From Elsinoe ampelina (Eukaryota), in the NCBI GenBank assembly GCA_010093995.1, contig ML992501.1, positions 1,925,320 through 1,989,319 of the forward strand: DNA of 64,000 nucleotides. Direction: 5' to 3'. Below the pieces are notes generated by a model that was not told where the DNA came from, did no database searches, and was given only the letters and a program-made list of their open reading frames with translations. A program made the position numbers and the translations under genes. Below, in pieces: positions 22,328-33,445 of the stretch (position 1 is its first letter; each line of letters starts with the position of its first letter).

Positions 22328-25300
22328 ATGATCCTCCCTACCGACACGCGCCAACTACAGTTGGTCAAGGATGAGGATTTCCCACGATCAATGTGAGCGG
22401 AACAAACGCCAACATTGCAACTTCCGCACAACTGACTGAGCGTAGCTTTATCAGCGTGGCGGGGATTGGCACTCTGCCCGCGAGTGAATGGTCGGCGACT
22501 TCCAATCTTGGTGTTTCAACAGCATTTCCAGGCGACTTACTACAAACACCTGTCTGCTACGGTTTCCGCCATGGACTCACCCTTGAAGACGACCGCAGCG
22601 TGTGGAGCCTCTTGGACAACAAGGGGGACGATTTGCTTGAGGAGGTGGCTGCTTTGCTCAAGGACCGGCCAGAAGTATGTCAACTCGTTCCCGCGTAATA
22701 AGCAAAGACTGATTCTCAAGCTACAATACTGTCCAATCGTATTCTGTGCCCACAGTCTGGGCGGACTAATCGTCAAAAAGGTCAGACTTCATTAAAGTAC
22801 TCAGGGATTTGGCTGAGATCGCCTCGCAGTGCATTGTTGAAGCTCTCAGCCGCCAGATGGACTTCCCGGAACTTACTCGATTGATGGCTTGTTTTATCCA
22901 CATGGCCGTGCCGCATTCTCTATCGCCGGATCGGCATGTCTGGAATCAGCATGCGTTGATTGTAGCTTCACAAAGAGTCGCAAAAGTCTCGCGGAAGACG
23001 ACTGCGGACGAGGCCTTGAACTTGTCGAAGCTATGTGCTAAGTATGAGCAAGTTGCGACAATTCTACCATGTGTCGTTCTGCAGGAGACTCAACCCGTTT
23101 TGGTCAAGAATGGATTATTCAAGACCAACATGACCATGGCAAGCTGAATGACCCCCAGTACAGTATCATACGCTGATGACTTAGATTGTCCAATCTGACT
23201 CACGTGGTCTCCCAAGCGCCCATCGCACGCTTGATGTTGGGGCGACGCACTTCGATATCTGCACCAGAATCCCCTTCCAGGAGCTGCGACCCGTGGTGGA
23301 CGAGACTGTTGGGTTCGCCAGAGGTCGAATCGATCGAGAGTCAAGCCCTTGTAGGTCTCGTGCTACTATGTCTCGACGATCGTGCCTTAACCTAGCTAAT
23401 CCTGGATGCCTGCAGCACTGACTCGGTCTACGTTGGCAAGATCCACTATTCGTGCAAATTCGGAGAGCGGAGATGATGGTTCCTCAGGTGAGTCTTGGGA
23501 CCGGTCCTGAGCGCGAACATTGACCATGAAAGCGTACGATACTATCTACACGAGTACAGGTCGCAGTAGTCGAAGTACACAAGCTTCTACTTCTACGAGC
23601 GGCAGTGGACTGAGCGCATCATTCCGTTCGCTCGACTTCACTCCACAACGAAGCGACATCATTCTCCCGTGCCATATGCTCGCTGAAAATGACAAAGACG
23701 CAAAGTTCGTTGGTCGTACGGATGTGCTCAATCAGATAGAGCAGTATCTCTTGGGCGACCGATCCGGAGATAGCGCACCTCACGATCTCAGGTCTTTCGG
23801 CATATGTGGGCCAGGAGGCATTGGTAAAAGTCAAGTGGCGATGGAATTTGGTCGTACTCACACCGATGTCTTCGACGCGATTTTCTGGCTCGACGCTGAG
23901 CAGCTTACGACACTGTTGGACGGTTTCAGCCGTATCGCTGTAGCACTCGGTCTTATTCGGGAGAATTCAGCCGATGCACGGGATCAAGTGCTCGTACGCG
24001 AGCTCGTTCAAGGATGGCTTGCCAATCCGGTCAGGTCACGCAGCACTGCGGACACCACTGCCCAATCGCTGGCCAGATGGCTACTAGTATTTGATAACGT
24101 GGAGAGCCAAGATACACTCATGGAATTCTGGCCTTCAGCAAGCAGCACTGGTGCCATACTGGTCACGAGTCGAGACACTCGAGCAACAAAAATGGGCATC
24201 TATCCCATAAAGCAAGGCTCGATGTTACCTCCGCTCGCGAATGAGGAAGCTGCCGACCTTCTCTTGACCTTGGCCTGGAGAAAGGATGATGCTGACGAGG
24301 TTGTACCAAGTCAAGAGCTTGCGCAACAGCTAGGTGGCATGCCTCTTGCTGTGGTACGCATGGCGGGAGTTGCTATGGCCCAGGATCTGTCATTCACCGA
24401 ACTTCGGCAGCGGGTTGAGGAAGAATCAACGCATGACGACTTGTTCGAGCTATCGGACCATCCGCTAGCAAGTCAGAACAATTACGACTATTCGCTGTCC
24501 TCGGTCTGGAAGTTTGAGAAATTGCAGCATTCGACGACGATGCTGAATGTGATCTCATTCGTCGATCCCAGCAGTATTCCGGAAGCAATGATTACCGGCA
24601 GCTTTGAGAAAATTCAGATACCAGGCTTCCCTGCCTCACGCATGAGCTATCAAAAGTCCACATCCGAGCTGCAAAGACATTCGCTCGTCAAAGTCGACAA
24701 AACGGCCAAGAGCTTGTCCATGCATCGCTTGATACAGGACAATGCGCGGGCTAAACTACTCAAGGATCCAACGACTATGACAGCCGTGTTCCGCGCTGCT
24801 GTGACTATGGTGAAGCAATTCTGGCCGTACTCCGACAATGGTGTTCGTCATTCAACTTCGCGATGGAGGCAATGCGCAGCCATAGCACCGCATATCGAGA
24901 GGTTACATGAACATTGCAGCAAAGCGGTCCCAACTCTGCGGGCTGAATGGGAGGAGAATATTGACCTTGCAGATCTGCTGGTGGAGCTCGGCTGGTTTGT
25001 CTACAGAGAGTTATGCAGAGATTGATTTACTGATCAACCCAGGTTTTTGCTGGAAACGGGTCTATCCTCTGAAGCGCTGAGCTTCTTCAAGCTGGTAGAG
25101 AGCCGACTGGAGCGGATGCTCCTGAGCACCATAGCACCGTCTGACACGGAGACTCTGAGACTTCGACACGTACTTGGCGAGGTCTACAACAGCGTTGGCG
25201 GTATCGCAGAGGAAACCAATGATGCAGAGACTGCAATCCATTACATGCTCAAATACCACGAAATGCTTGGTCACGACCCGGTACTGCCTGGTGGTACTGA

Positions 25301-26103
25301 TCAGAGGCTCGTTGTATGCTATTATGATCTGGCATTGGCTTACGCCATGCATGGAAATTACGGCGAAGCACTTGTCTGGTGTGCGAAGTCTACCGAGGCA
25401 GCCAGCTTCTTGCGGGACCCAATGACTGTCAAAAGAGCGAGGTCGCTGGCTCTTGTCAACCGGGGAATGACATACTGGCTGATGGGAGACAATGACAATG
25501 CTTTGCAAACGCTGAATCAAGCACTGCGCGAAAGGGAGGAGCTTTACGGACCGAACGACCGCGAATCCATGATGTAAGTCCTGGATGCCTGTTTCGCGCA
25601 AAGTATGAGCTGATAGCATGTTCCAGCACCGGCCGAATTCTTCACAGTCTCGGGAATGTAATGCGGTCCATCGACGAGAGCCCTCTCAGTTTCGATTATC
25701 ATCAAAGGGCGCTGGAGCACTTCCGCGAGACTGTAGGGGACCGGCACCATCGTACCGGAAACTCGTGCTATAAAGTTGCCGAACACTTGCTCGAGGCAGG
25801 CATGGCAGCAGAGGCAAAGTAGGATACTTTCGAGACACTGCACTGGTGCATGAGCTAAAACCTCCCAGGCCGTTGCTGGATCAAGCAGTCAAAATCTTCC
25901 AGGGCCGCGTTCAGCTCAGGGCTGATCTGGGACGTGTAGTCATGCTACAGAGCGAAGCGCTGGTCCAACTTGGAGAACATGTTGCAGCAGCTGGCGCCCA
26001 GAAACAAGCTACTGAGCTCTACAAGAGCTTGCGTGGGGGTCTGATCAAGGCAAGCGTGGATCGGTCAGCTTTCGACGAGTACGTACATGTTTGGAGTCGT
26101 TAG
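22328..26103 (+). CDS. Fungal NLR: SesB-like alpha/beta hydrolase + NB-ARC + TPR
   Basis: ATG 22328; introns about 22393-22445, 22675-22720, 22781-22829, 23139(or 23103)-23184, 23351-23415, 23488-23532, 24995-25042, 25574-25627, 25819-25868. Hydrolase elbow IVFCAHSLGGLIVKK and His motif ATHFDIC; Walker A GPGGIGKS, Walker B WLLVFDNVE, ILVTSR, LGGMPLA, MHRLIQ; TPR helices ending FDEYVHVWSR*. Confidence 0.9.
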
Positions 26104-26505
26104 CCGCAGATTGTGCCGCAGCACCCGCCGTTTTCGGCGCGAATCAAAATTTCTTGGAGCGCTTCCCTTTTTCCGTCATCCATCCTGTTTGTGTAACCAA
26201 CCAACCCACATTGAAAGTGCTTTTCATCTTGATCCATCTCGAAGACGCGTAACTACGAGCACTTGCGTCCCCCCTGAAAGTGACGATCATGCACTCGGGT
26301 CGAGTGAGTCGAGAGCAGCCACTCTGCGAGATGCAGGGCGAACGCCATTCTCTCATTTGGCGCCAGTCAATGTTTAGTGCATCTGCACAAGCCATGGCGC
26401 ACGTCTAGGCGAAGAGCTGTGCCGCCATGTAGCCTTACACCTGTGCAACGAGCTGGTACTGATTGCCATGCTCGCTCTATCTCTGGCCTTCATTGAGGTC
26501 ACACC

Positions 26506-28205
26506 ATGGCCAGCGTGTCTGATCGGACGGAGACCAACAGTGGTCATAACATACGATCTGGCAACGGACACACAGCATCTACAGTAGCGTCTGAGTATGC
26601 ACTCTACGTCGAGTCGCGCAAGAATGAGTCGTTCGCCACCACTCCATGTTCTGGAGAAGTCTTGCACACTTTGAACAGCTACTTGATTAAAGATCTGCAA
26701 CCAGCGGCTCATGGGATCCTTAGTTGCTCCAAGGCGGATCTATCTTTCCACACATTCGATGGCGATGCATCACTTGTCAGTAGGAAACTGACCAGCACCG
26801 ATGAGCTCGAGCAATATGAGGTTGAGTTGACGAATTCATCCAGAACCGGCGCGACCAGCGACCGACCCAGCATTGTCATCCTTCGAGGACACCAGCAGGC
26901 TCACTGTCTGAACCTGATAGGAGGTTTGTTCGAGATCGACCCTCATTTCTTCAACGCGCATTTGTCGTACCAATGGCCGCAATGGTCATCGAATCTTTTC
27001 GCACAACCTAGCCTACCTTCAGTGGTTGCGGATCAAGTGACTTTCTGCATCGCCACTCTGGGGACACATGGACAAGTGGGCAAAGACATCGCCGCCGAGC
27101 GACATTTGGCAGCTGTAGACATGTACGGATACCAACACGTTCTGACAACGGGAGAGCAAAAGTCTGGCGAATCGGTGGTTCGGATGTTCAATCTGCACAC
27201 CCTCAGGCACTTTTCCATTGAACAGCATATCACAGCAAGCTTGATCAGACATGGTGATCAGTGGAGGAGTGAGCCATGTATCGCAGTATTCCGAAACCTC
27301 ACTAATTGTCTGCAGTGATTATCTGGTCCGACATAGCTGGACTTCTCGACAGTGGTCTGCCAGGCCCACGGTCACCGATGAAAGGCACGTCACTGCTTCC
27401 GACCGTCCGCAGATGGACGCCAGCAGCTTCGGAGACGTTCGCTAGACTCGGTCGCAATCATAAATTTCCATTGCCAGGGATGCATCAGACAGCCCGCCAT
27501 TCCATAACGGACTTCGGCGCGACCCTAGATCCACTCCTCGCTTCCGAAGACCCTCTATACGCACTCTCAGATATCGTCTCCCTATCCGCAGACTCCCTGA
27601 ACCAACTCCTCAACATCTGCGCCTGCGTACTAGACACCGAGGCCGCCCGCGACCCCGACGAACACCAGGAACACCAGGAAGCCGAGATCATCTACCACCA
27701 ACGAATCCTCAAGCGCCTCAGCACCCACATCACCCAAACCCTCTCCCAACTCGACCACTTCCGCCAAACCTGGCCCCACTCCTCCAATCCCACCAGGCAC
27801 TCCCTCTCCACCACCACCCTGACCCTCATCACCACCGACTTCTCCACCCTCCAGACCCGCACCGACGCCCTCCTCCTCCGCTGCCGCGAAAGCATGGCCA
27901 TGTGCATGCACGCGGCCCAAATCGAGGAGGCGAGGAAGAACATTGAGCAGGCGAGGAAGGTGACGCAGCTCACGTTCCTCGCGTTCTTTTACATCCCGTT
28001 GTCGTTCACCACGTCGTTTTTCGGGATGAATGTCACGTCGCTGGGCCAGGCGGATGGGTTGCCGCTCTGGCCGTGGCTGGTCATGTCCGCGTGTCTGCTT
28101 CTCGTGTCGTTGGGGATTTTGGGCTTGGTGGAGAGGTTGGGACCGCTGTTAAGGGGGCAGAGGGGGGAGAAGGCGGGGCGGTGGCTGAGGGGTTGGTGGA
28201 AGTGA
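26506..28205 (+). CDS. CorA-like (GMN) transmembrane channel protein, paralog of the upstream CorA domain
   Basis: ATG 26506; intron 27269-27315 joins the 270 aa and 299 aa ORFs; IVILRGHQ...IDPHFFNAHL; ARKVTQLTFLAFFYIPLSFTTSFFGMNV followed by a second TM helix. Confidence 0.85.
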
Positions 28206-28359
28206 GGTCTTGTGTTGAAGTGGCTGCTCGGAACGGCAATGCCGTCTCTGCTTGTAACTCATGTACACGTTGACAACGACTACGAGAAACGCTTGACAGG
28301 AATGTGAAATGCAACGCTACCTGAATGCTGATAGGTCATACCCGGGTATATCATGACTT

Positions 28360-31077
28360 TCATCTCATCCTTCCCCCCTTCCTAACGCCCCCATTCCCAT
28401 GCGCCTTCGAATACTCCATCAACAGTCCCAGAACGCCCGCGTCCCCATCCGCCTTGGCCTCCATCTCCTTCCCACCCTGCCTCTGCACCTTCTTCCCCCG
28501 GCCCCTCCCCACATCCCCGACTTCCGTCTCCTCGTCATCGCTCCGGTCAAACTTCCACGACTCCGCTAGCGAGTCATCTACTTCGATCAACTTGCTCGTT
28601 GTCAGATCCCTTACGTCTTCCCGCTCTGGTGTCCTCCTCGCTTCGGATCTGGGGCTGAAGGGATTGCCTCTTCGAGGTGCAGGACCAGTTTGCCCACGGC
28701 GTTTGTCTCGGTTCACAATCGATCGGCCTTGGAGATCGAGAAGCATGCTCGCTTCTGGGCCCGGGCTGCGAATACTTTTGCCTATATCTTTCCGGCCGGC
28801 GGCGGTCTCGCGCAGAGGGCTCAAGGCGGGAAAGGTGGGTGGCATTTGTGCGCCTTGGAGGCGTCGGTGATAGCGTTCTGCTTGGCTGCGGTCGTATCGG
28901 CCGAGTCTTTGCATGAAGTAGTACTGGCTTTGCGCCATCTTGTTGTCGCCTTTGACGCCGCCACCACCTGTGCCGCCGAAATACTCCTCCCTGAGATCGC
29001 CAACCTCACCGTCTGCGTCGTCGTCCTCGGGCCGATTACGTTTGCGGAATTCGAACACAGCATGGTTGCAGAGACCGCCTAGGCCGTCGACATGGACGGT
29101 GTTCTGCCGAAAGAAATCGATGACAGCGGCTGAGGGCTTGCCGGCGTTCTTCCAGAGGATGAATGGGGCCGCGACGAGCGACAGGATTTCTTCGAGAAAG
29201 ACGAGGACCTTGACTTGATACATGGCTGCAAACTCATCTCGGACAGCGGGTGTGTGGTATTTGTTCCGCCATCGCTGAGGTGCGTAGTGAGTGTACTCAA
29301 TCACTTCGAACAGGTGCAGAACTGGTTCATGCACTTCGGCGTCATCGGGTACAGCGCCTCTGGCTGCGGCGAAGATGGCCATTGAGACGGAAAGGTAGAA
29401 GACCGCGGTCCTGTTCGAAGTGACCTCGAAGCCAAGGAAGAGTTCAGGATCGAGGAGTGTAGCTATACCGAGGACTGCAGCGACTGTGCCAGCTACGAGC
29501 GAGACAAATTGCAGGAACTGAATGGTCTTGTCGCGAGGAAACTGTGCCAAGTAGCGGTCGGCGAACGGGTACGACATCTTGCAGCGTCGGCGAAAGTCGT
29601 GCTCAAGCTCGTTGAACTCTCGCATGCGCCATTCAGCGTGAGGTGTGAACGCTCGAGCACCAAGCTGAGCAGGCGAATTGCGAAATTCTGCATAGTAGCG
29701 CGAGAAGAAGTAGATGCATTGCGCGGTAATGTTGAACGGTGCCATGATGATGGAGATGATGGCAGCGAAGCGGAAGCGGCGACGGAGCGTCTCAATCATG
29801 CGGAGGCGTAGCTTAGCGTCCAGAATGTGTGGCTGGACGTGACCATGCGAATCGAAGACAAAGTTCTCGAAGCAGAAGGAGAGACACCACTCCAGAGACT
29901 TGGAATAAAAGGATCGCTGGCCTACGAATGGTATCGTCAGCTGAAGATCAAGAATCTCCTTGTTGATTAGCGCGATGTAGTAGTTGTCCCGTCGCATTAG
30001 GCGATTGGCGATGTCATGAGCATCCATTCTTTGCTTTGATTGTGCTGTTCTGGCGACCTTGCGCACATAGCCAGGTACGTTCGAAGCCGTCTCGGGATTG
30101 GAGTCTCTCAGATTCATCAAGCCTTCGACCACTCTCTCCCATGCTATGGTCTGAATGTCGGAGTCGGGAATACCAAGGAGATAATGGTAGAAGTCATGCA
30201 GGTGCCATAATCGACGAATGTCTGTGATGTAGCGGAAGACCATCCACGACCACCAGAAGACGAAGTTCCAGAGCAAGAGGTTCTTCCAGAACGTTGTCTT
30301 CGCCATGCACTTTGGTATCAGGATCTCTGCTGTCGATTTGCTGTGCGGAACCTTGCTGTAGTCTATGCAAGTTGAAAGAAACATGTAAGCGCTAAATAGG
30401 AATGCAGTTGAGAGCACATAAATAATTCGTGCCAGTATGATCGACCAGATTCCGTGGTCTGTGTAGTATTGGTAGACCTCGAGGAGGAACCCGTCAACGT
30501 TCTCGACGTTAGCCCATCTCCAGAGAGCCTGCTCTTTCCGATCTATTCGCGAGCCCAGTGCCCCCGGTTGTTGTTGCTGCTGCTGTCTTGCATACGCAGT
30601 AGCGGGCACAGACGGCTGATCGAAGAAGAGCCTCTGCTGCTCTTGTGTCTGCTTCCACTGCTGTCGCATCTTATCCGACTGGCGTGCTTCCGAGACATCG
30701 TGGTAATGCTGCTCCGGCGATTCTCGACCAGGCTTCCGGATCTCCATGAGCAGAGATGCTGGGACGTCGTTGTGATCTTGTGGTGAGTTCGACCTTGCAG
30801 ACTTCCCACTCGGCTGGCGTTTCTCTCGTGTCGGTCTTGCCGGTTGTCTGGAGGGTCCTGCCGTTGGTCTTTGTACGTCTTTGGGTCTTTGCTCTGGTGA
30901 TGGTTGTTCGAGTAGCATGTTGTCAAGCTCCTGTTCGTCGACAAAGTCCGGGAAATGATCCTCGAGTTCACCGCCATTCTCGAGCATCCTTTGTGACTCT
31001 TCATTCCCGCGTTCTCCGCTGTCGAAAGTGCTCTCAGCTCCGGGCAAAAATCGCGAGAGGACCTTCGACGCCATCAT
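28360..31077 (-). CDS. ATG9: Autophagy-related protein 9 (lipid scramblase)
   Basis: ALWRWANVENVDGFL, MDAHDIANRLMRRDNY, REFNELEH, VFLEEILS, IDFFRQNTVHVDGLG motifs. Confidence 0.95.
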   Translation of the reverse strand: MMASKVLSRFLPGAESTFDSGERGNEESQRMLENGGELEDHFPDFVDEQELDNMLLEQPSPEQRPKDVQRPTAGPSRQPARPTREKRQPSGKSARSNSPQDHNDVPASLLMEIRKPGRESPEQHYHDVSEARQSDKMRQQWKQTQEQQRLFFDQPSVPATAYARQQQQQQPGALGSRIDRKEQALWRWANVENVDGFLLEVYQYYTDHGIWSIILARIIYVLSTAFLFSAYMFLSTCIDYSKVPHSKSTAEILIPKCMAKTTFWKNLLLWNFVFWWSWMVFRYITDIRRLWHLHDFYHYLLGIPDSDIQTIAWERVVEGLMNLRDSNPETASNVPGYVRKVARTAQSKQRMDAHDIANRLMRRDNYYIALINKEILDLQLTIPFVGQRSFYSKSLEWCLSFCFENFVFDSHGHVQPHILDAKLRLRMIETLRRRFRFAAIISIIMAPFNITAQCIYFFSRYYAEFRNSPAQLGARAFTPHAEWRMREFNELEHDFRRRCKMSYPFADRYLAQFPRDKTIQFLQFVSLVAGTVAAVLGIATLLDPELFLGFEVTSNRTAVFYLSVSMAIFAAARGAVPDDAEVHEPVLHLFEVIEYTHYAPQRWRNKYHTPAVRDEFAAMYQVKVLVFLEEILSLVAAPFILWKNAGKPSAAVIDFFRQNTVHVDGLGGLCNHAVFEFRKRNRPEDDDADGEVGDLREEYFGGTGGGGVKGDNKMAQSQYYFMQRLGRYDRSQAERYHRRLQGAQMPPTFPALSPLRETAAGRKDIGKSIRSPGPEASMLLDLQGRSIVNRDKRRGQTGPAPRRGNPFSPRSEARRTPEREDVRDLTTSKLIEVDDSLAESWKFDRSDDEETEVGDVGRGRGKKVQRQGGKEMEAKADGDAGVLGLLMEYSKAHGNGGVRKGGRMR

Positions 31078-31667
31078 GGCCAGCCAAAGGTCGTGTCTGC
31101 TGCCTGGACGAGATCTCCTTGTGGCTGTGGCCGTTGGTTGGGCTTCTCGTTACGGTTGACATGTATTGTAGTGATTCATGAGTGCTGCTTCAGGATTGCA
31201 GACACTTGAGCAGTTGGGTCGAGCATGATGAACGAGTAGTGGAAGGTCACACCTTCACATGACAGGCAATCACGCGCCAAGCATTCATGATCATCACGGT
31301 TCGCGCCGGCCTAGCTCTCCCCACATTTTTGTAGAGCCGCATCCCACTTTGACCCCTCCATCTCTTTTCATGCCGAAGCTAAAGATTTCAAGGATTCGCT
31401 CAAATCTATGTCATTTTGCCATCTTGTCGTTATGATGCTTCGTAGTGCAATCAAGTAGATTTGACATGTTCGTGACCCGCATGTTCAGCCCTGCACGTCC
31501 CCCAATATCTGGCAAATCAATCTGAACAAACTCATATCGGAGGTCGCCGACAACAGCCAGTACCACTTCCATCCCTCTCTATATCTTCGACATCCACTCT
31601 CTACCTCTCCCCTCTCCATCTATATAACACCCATCAACTACCCTCCTCCTCTCCCTTCCATCTCATC

Positions 31668-33422
31668 ATGGACCCTCCCCCCGACAAGTCCCTCCCCATC
31701 CTCGACCTCGCGGAGCAATGGCTCTCCCAAGACCGCGACCCCACCACCCGGCAACAAATCGCCTCCCTCCTCGCCAAAGAAGACTACTCCAAACTCGCCC
31801 TTCTCCTCAACCCCCGCATCGCTTTCGGCACCGCCGGTCTCCGCGCCCGCATGTCCGCCGGCTACGCCCGCATGAACTGCCTCACCGTACTACAAGCCTC
31901 GCAAGGTCTCGCGGCGTACTTGCTCTCGTCAAGTACCTCCCAAGCCGGTCCATCTGGTCAACTAAGTATCGTCGTGGGACATGACGCGCGCCACAACTCG
32001 GCTCGCTTCGCGCGGCTGGCGGCGGGGGCGTTCGTGGCGAAAGGATTGAAGGTTTTCTGGCTGGGCCAGTGTCATACGCCGCTTGTGCCGTATGCTGTGG
32101 GGAGGCAGGGGGCAGGGGCAGGGGTGATGGTCACGGCGAGTCATAATCCGAAGGACGACAATGGGTATAAGGTGTATTGGGGGAATGGGTGTCAGATTAT
32201 TCCGCCTGTGGATCGGGGGATTGCGGAGAGTATCGATGCGAATTTGGAAGTGGAGGTTTGGGACGAAGGGGTGGTGGAAGCTGGGAAGGTGGAGAGGTTG
32301 GAGGGGTTGCAGGGGGAGTATGTGGAGAAGGTAGTCGGGGCGGTCAAGTGGGATGGTGGGGAGGGAGAGGTGCCAGGGTTCACGTATACGGCGATGCATG
32401 GTGTGGGAATGGAGGTTGTGGAGAAGGTGTTGGCGAGGATGGGGTTGCGAAACAAGGTGCATGTCGTGAAGAGTCAAGCTCAGCCGGATCCAGAATTTCC
32501 TACTGTCAAGTTCCCAAACCCGGAGGAGAAGGGCGCCTTGGATGAGGCTATCAGGACTGCCACCGAGGCAGGTGATCGATTAATTGTGGCAAACGATCCA
32601 GATGCAGATCGATTCGCGGTTGCGGAGCTTGTGGGTGAGAAATGGACGCAGCTCACCGGGAACCAGTTGGGTGTATTATTGGGCGCGTATGTGCTGGAGT
32701 CCATGGTGACACAAAATGGGGACAAGTATGCGATGCTTGCTTCAGCAGTTTCGTCAAGGATGTTGGCAAAGATGGCTGAAGTGAGTGGCAAGTTCAGATT
32801 CGAAGAAACGTTGACGGGTTTCAAATGGTTGGGCAACAAAGCGCAAGACCTGAACAAGCAGGGTTACAAGGCGCTGTATGCTTACGAGGAGGCTATTGGA
32901 TTCATGCTATCTGACGTCGTATATGACAAAGACGGTGTCGCGGCGCTCGTGTTGTTCCTGACAGCAGTGAGGAAGTGGCAAGCAGAGGGTCTGACGCCCT
33001 GGACCAAGTTGCAGCAGCTGTACGAAACATACGGTCATTTCGCAGAAGCCAACACGTATCTTGTATCGCCATCGCCGGATACAACGAGGGCTGTTTTCCA
33101 GGCTGTGCGGAGTGCGCGCCCGAAGACTGTTGGCAATCGCAAGATACTGCGATGGCGAGATCTGACCGAGGGACACGACACGGCCACCAGCGACAACATT
33201 CCAACTCTTCCGGTCGATAAATCTGCGCAGATGATCACATGTGAGCTGGAGCGGGGTGTCGTTTTCACGGTGAGAGGATCTGGTACAGAGCCCAAGATCA
33301 AGCTGTATGTCGAAGGAACAGCATCGAGTGCAGAAGATGCCAGAGCCGCGGCGCACGAGGTGTGCCAACAGTTGATCCAAGAATGGTTCAAGCCCGAAGT
33401 CAATAACCTCAGATTGGCGTGA
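31668..33422 (+). CDS. Phosphoglucomutase/phosphopentomutase (PGM2/Pgm3 type alpha-D-phosphohexomutase)
   Basis: FGTAGLR, catalytic TASHNP, metal loop DPDADR, TLTGFKW, YEEAIG, RGSGTEPKIK. Confidence 0.92.
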   Translation: MDPPPDKSLPILDLAEQWLSQDRDPTTRQQIASLLAKEDYSKLALLLNPRIAFGTAGLRARMSAGYARMNCLTVLQASQGLAAYLLSSSTSQAGPSGQLSIVVGHDARHNSARFARLAAGAFVAKGLKVFWLGQCHTPLVPYAVGRQGAGAGVMVTASHNPKDDNGYKVYWGNGCQIIPPVDRGIAESIDANLEVEVWDEGVVEAGKVERLEGLQGEYVEKVVGAVKWDGGEGEVPGFTYTAMHGVGMEVVEKVLARMGLRNKVHVVKSQAQPDPEFPTVKFPNPEEKGALDEAIRTATEAGDRLIVANDPDADRFAVAELVGEKWTQLTGNQLGVLLGAYVLESMVTQNGDKYAMLASAVSSRMLAKMAEVSGKFRFEETLTGFKWLGNKAQDLNKQGYKALYAYEEAIGFMLSDVVYDKDGVAALVLFLTAVRKWQAEGLTPWTKLQQLYETYGHFAEANTYLVSPSPDTTRAVFQAVRSARPKTVGNRKILRWRDLTEGHDTATSDNIPTLPVDKSAQMITCELERGVVFTVRGSGTEPKIKLYVEGTASSAEDARAAAHEVCQQLIQEWFKPEVNNLRLA

Positions 33423-33445
33423 GCGATGATTGCGAAGAGCATAGA

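Noticed and set aside
26530..26575. N/G/S-rich NSGHNIRSGNGH at the CorA N-terminus as an amyloid signalling motif
   Set aside because: Does not fit PP/sigma/HRAM patterns and has no matching motif on the NLR.
14184..28275. 8-bp inverted repeat TGTCAACG / CGTTGACA near both island edges as transposon ends
   Set aside because: Match does not extend, there is no target-site duplication, and no transposase or tyrosine recombinase (Starship captain) is present; likely chance.
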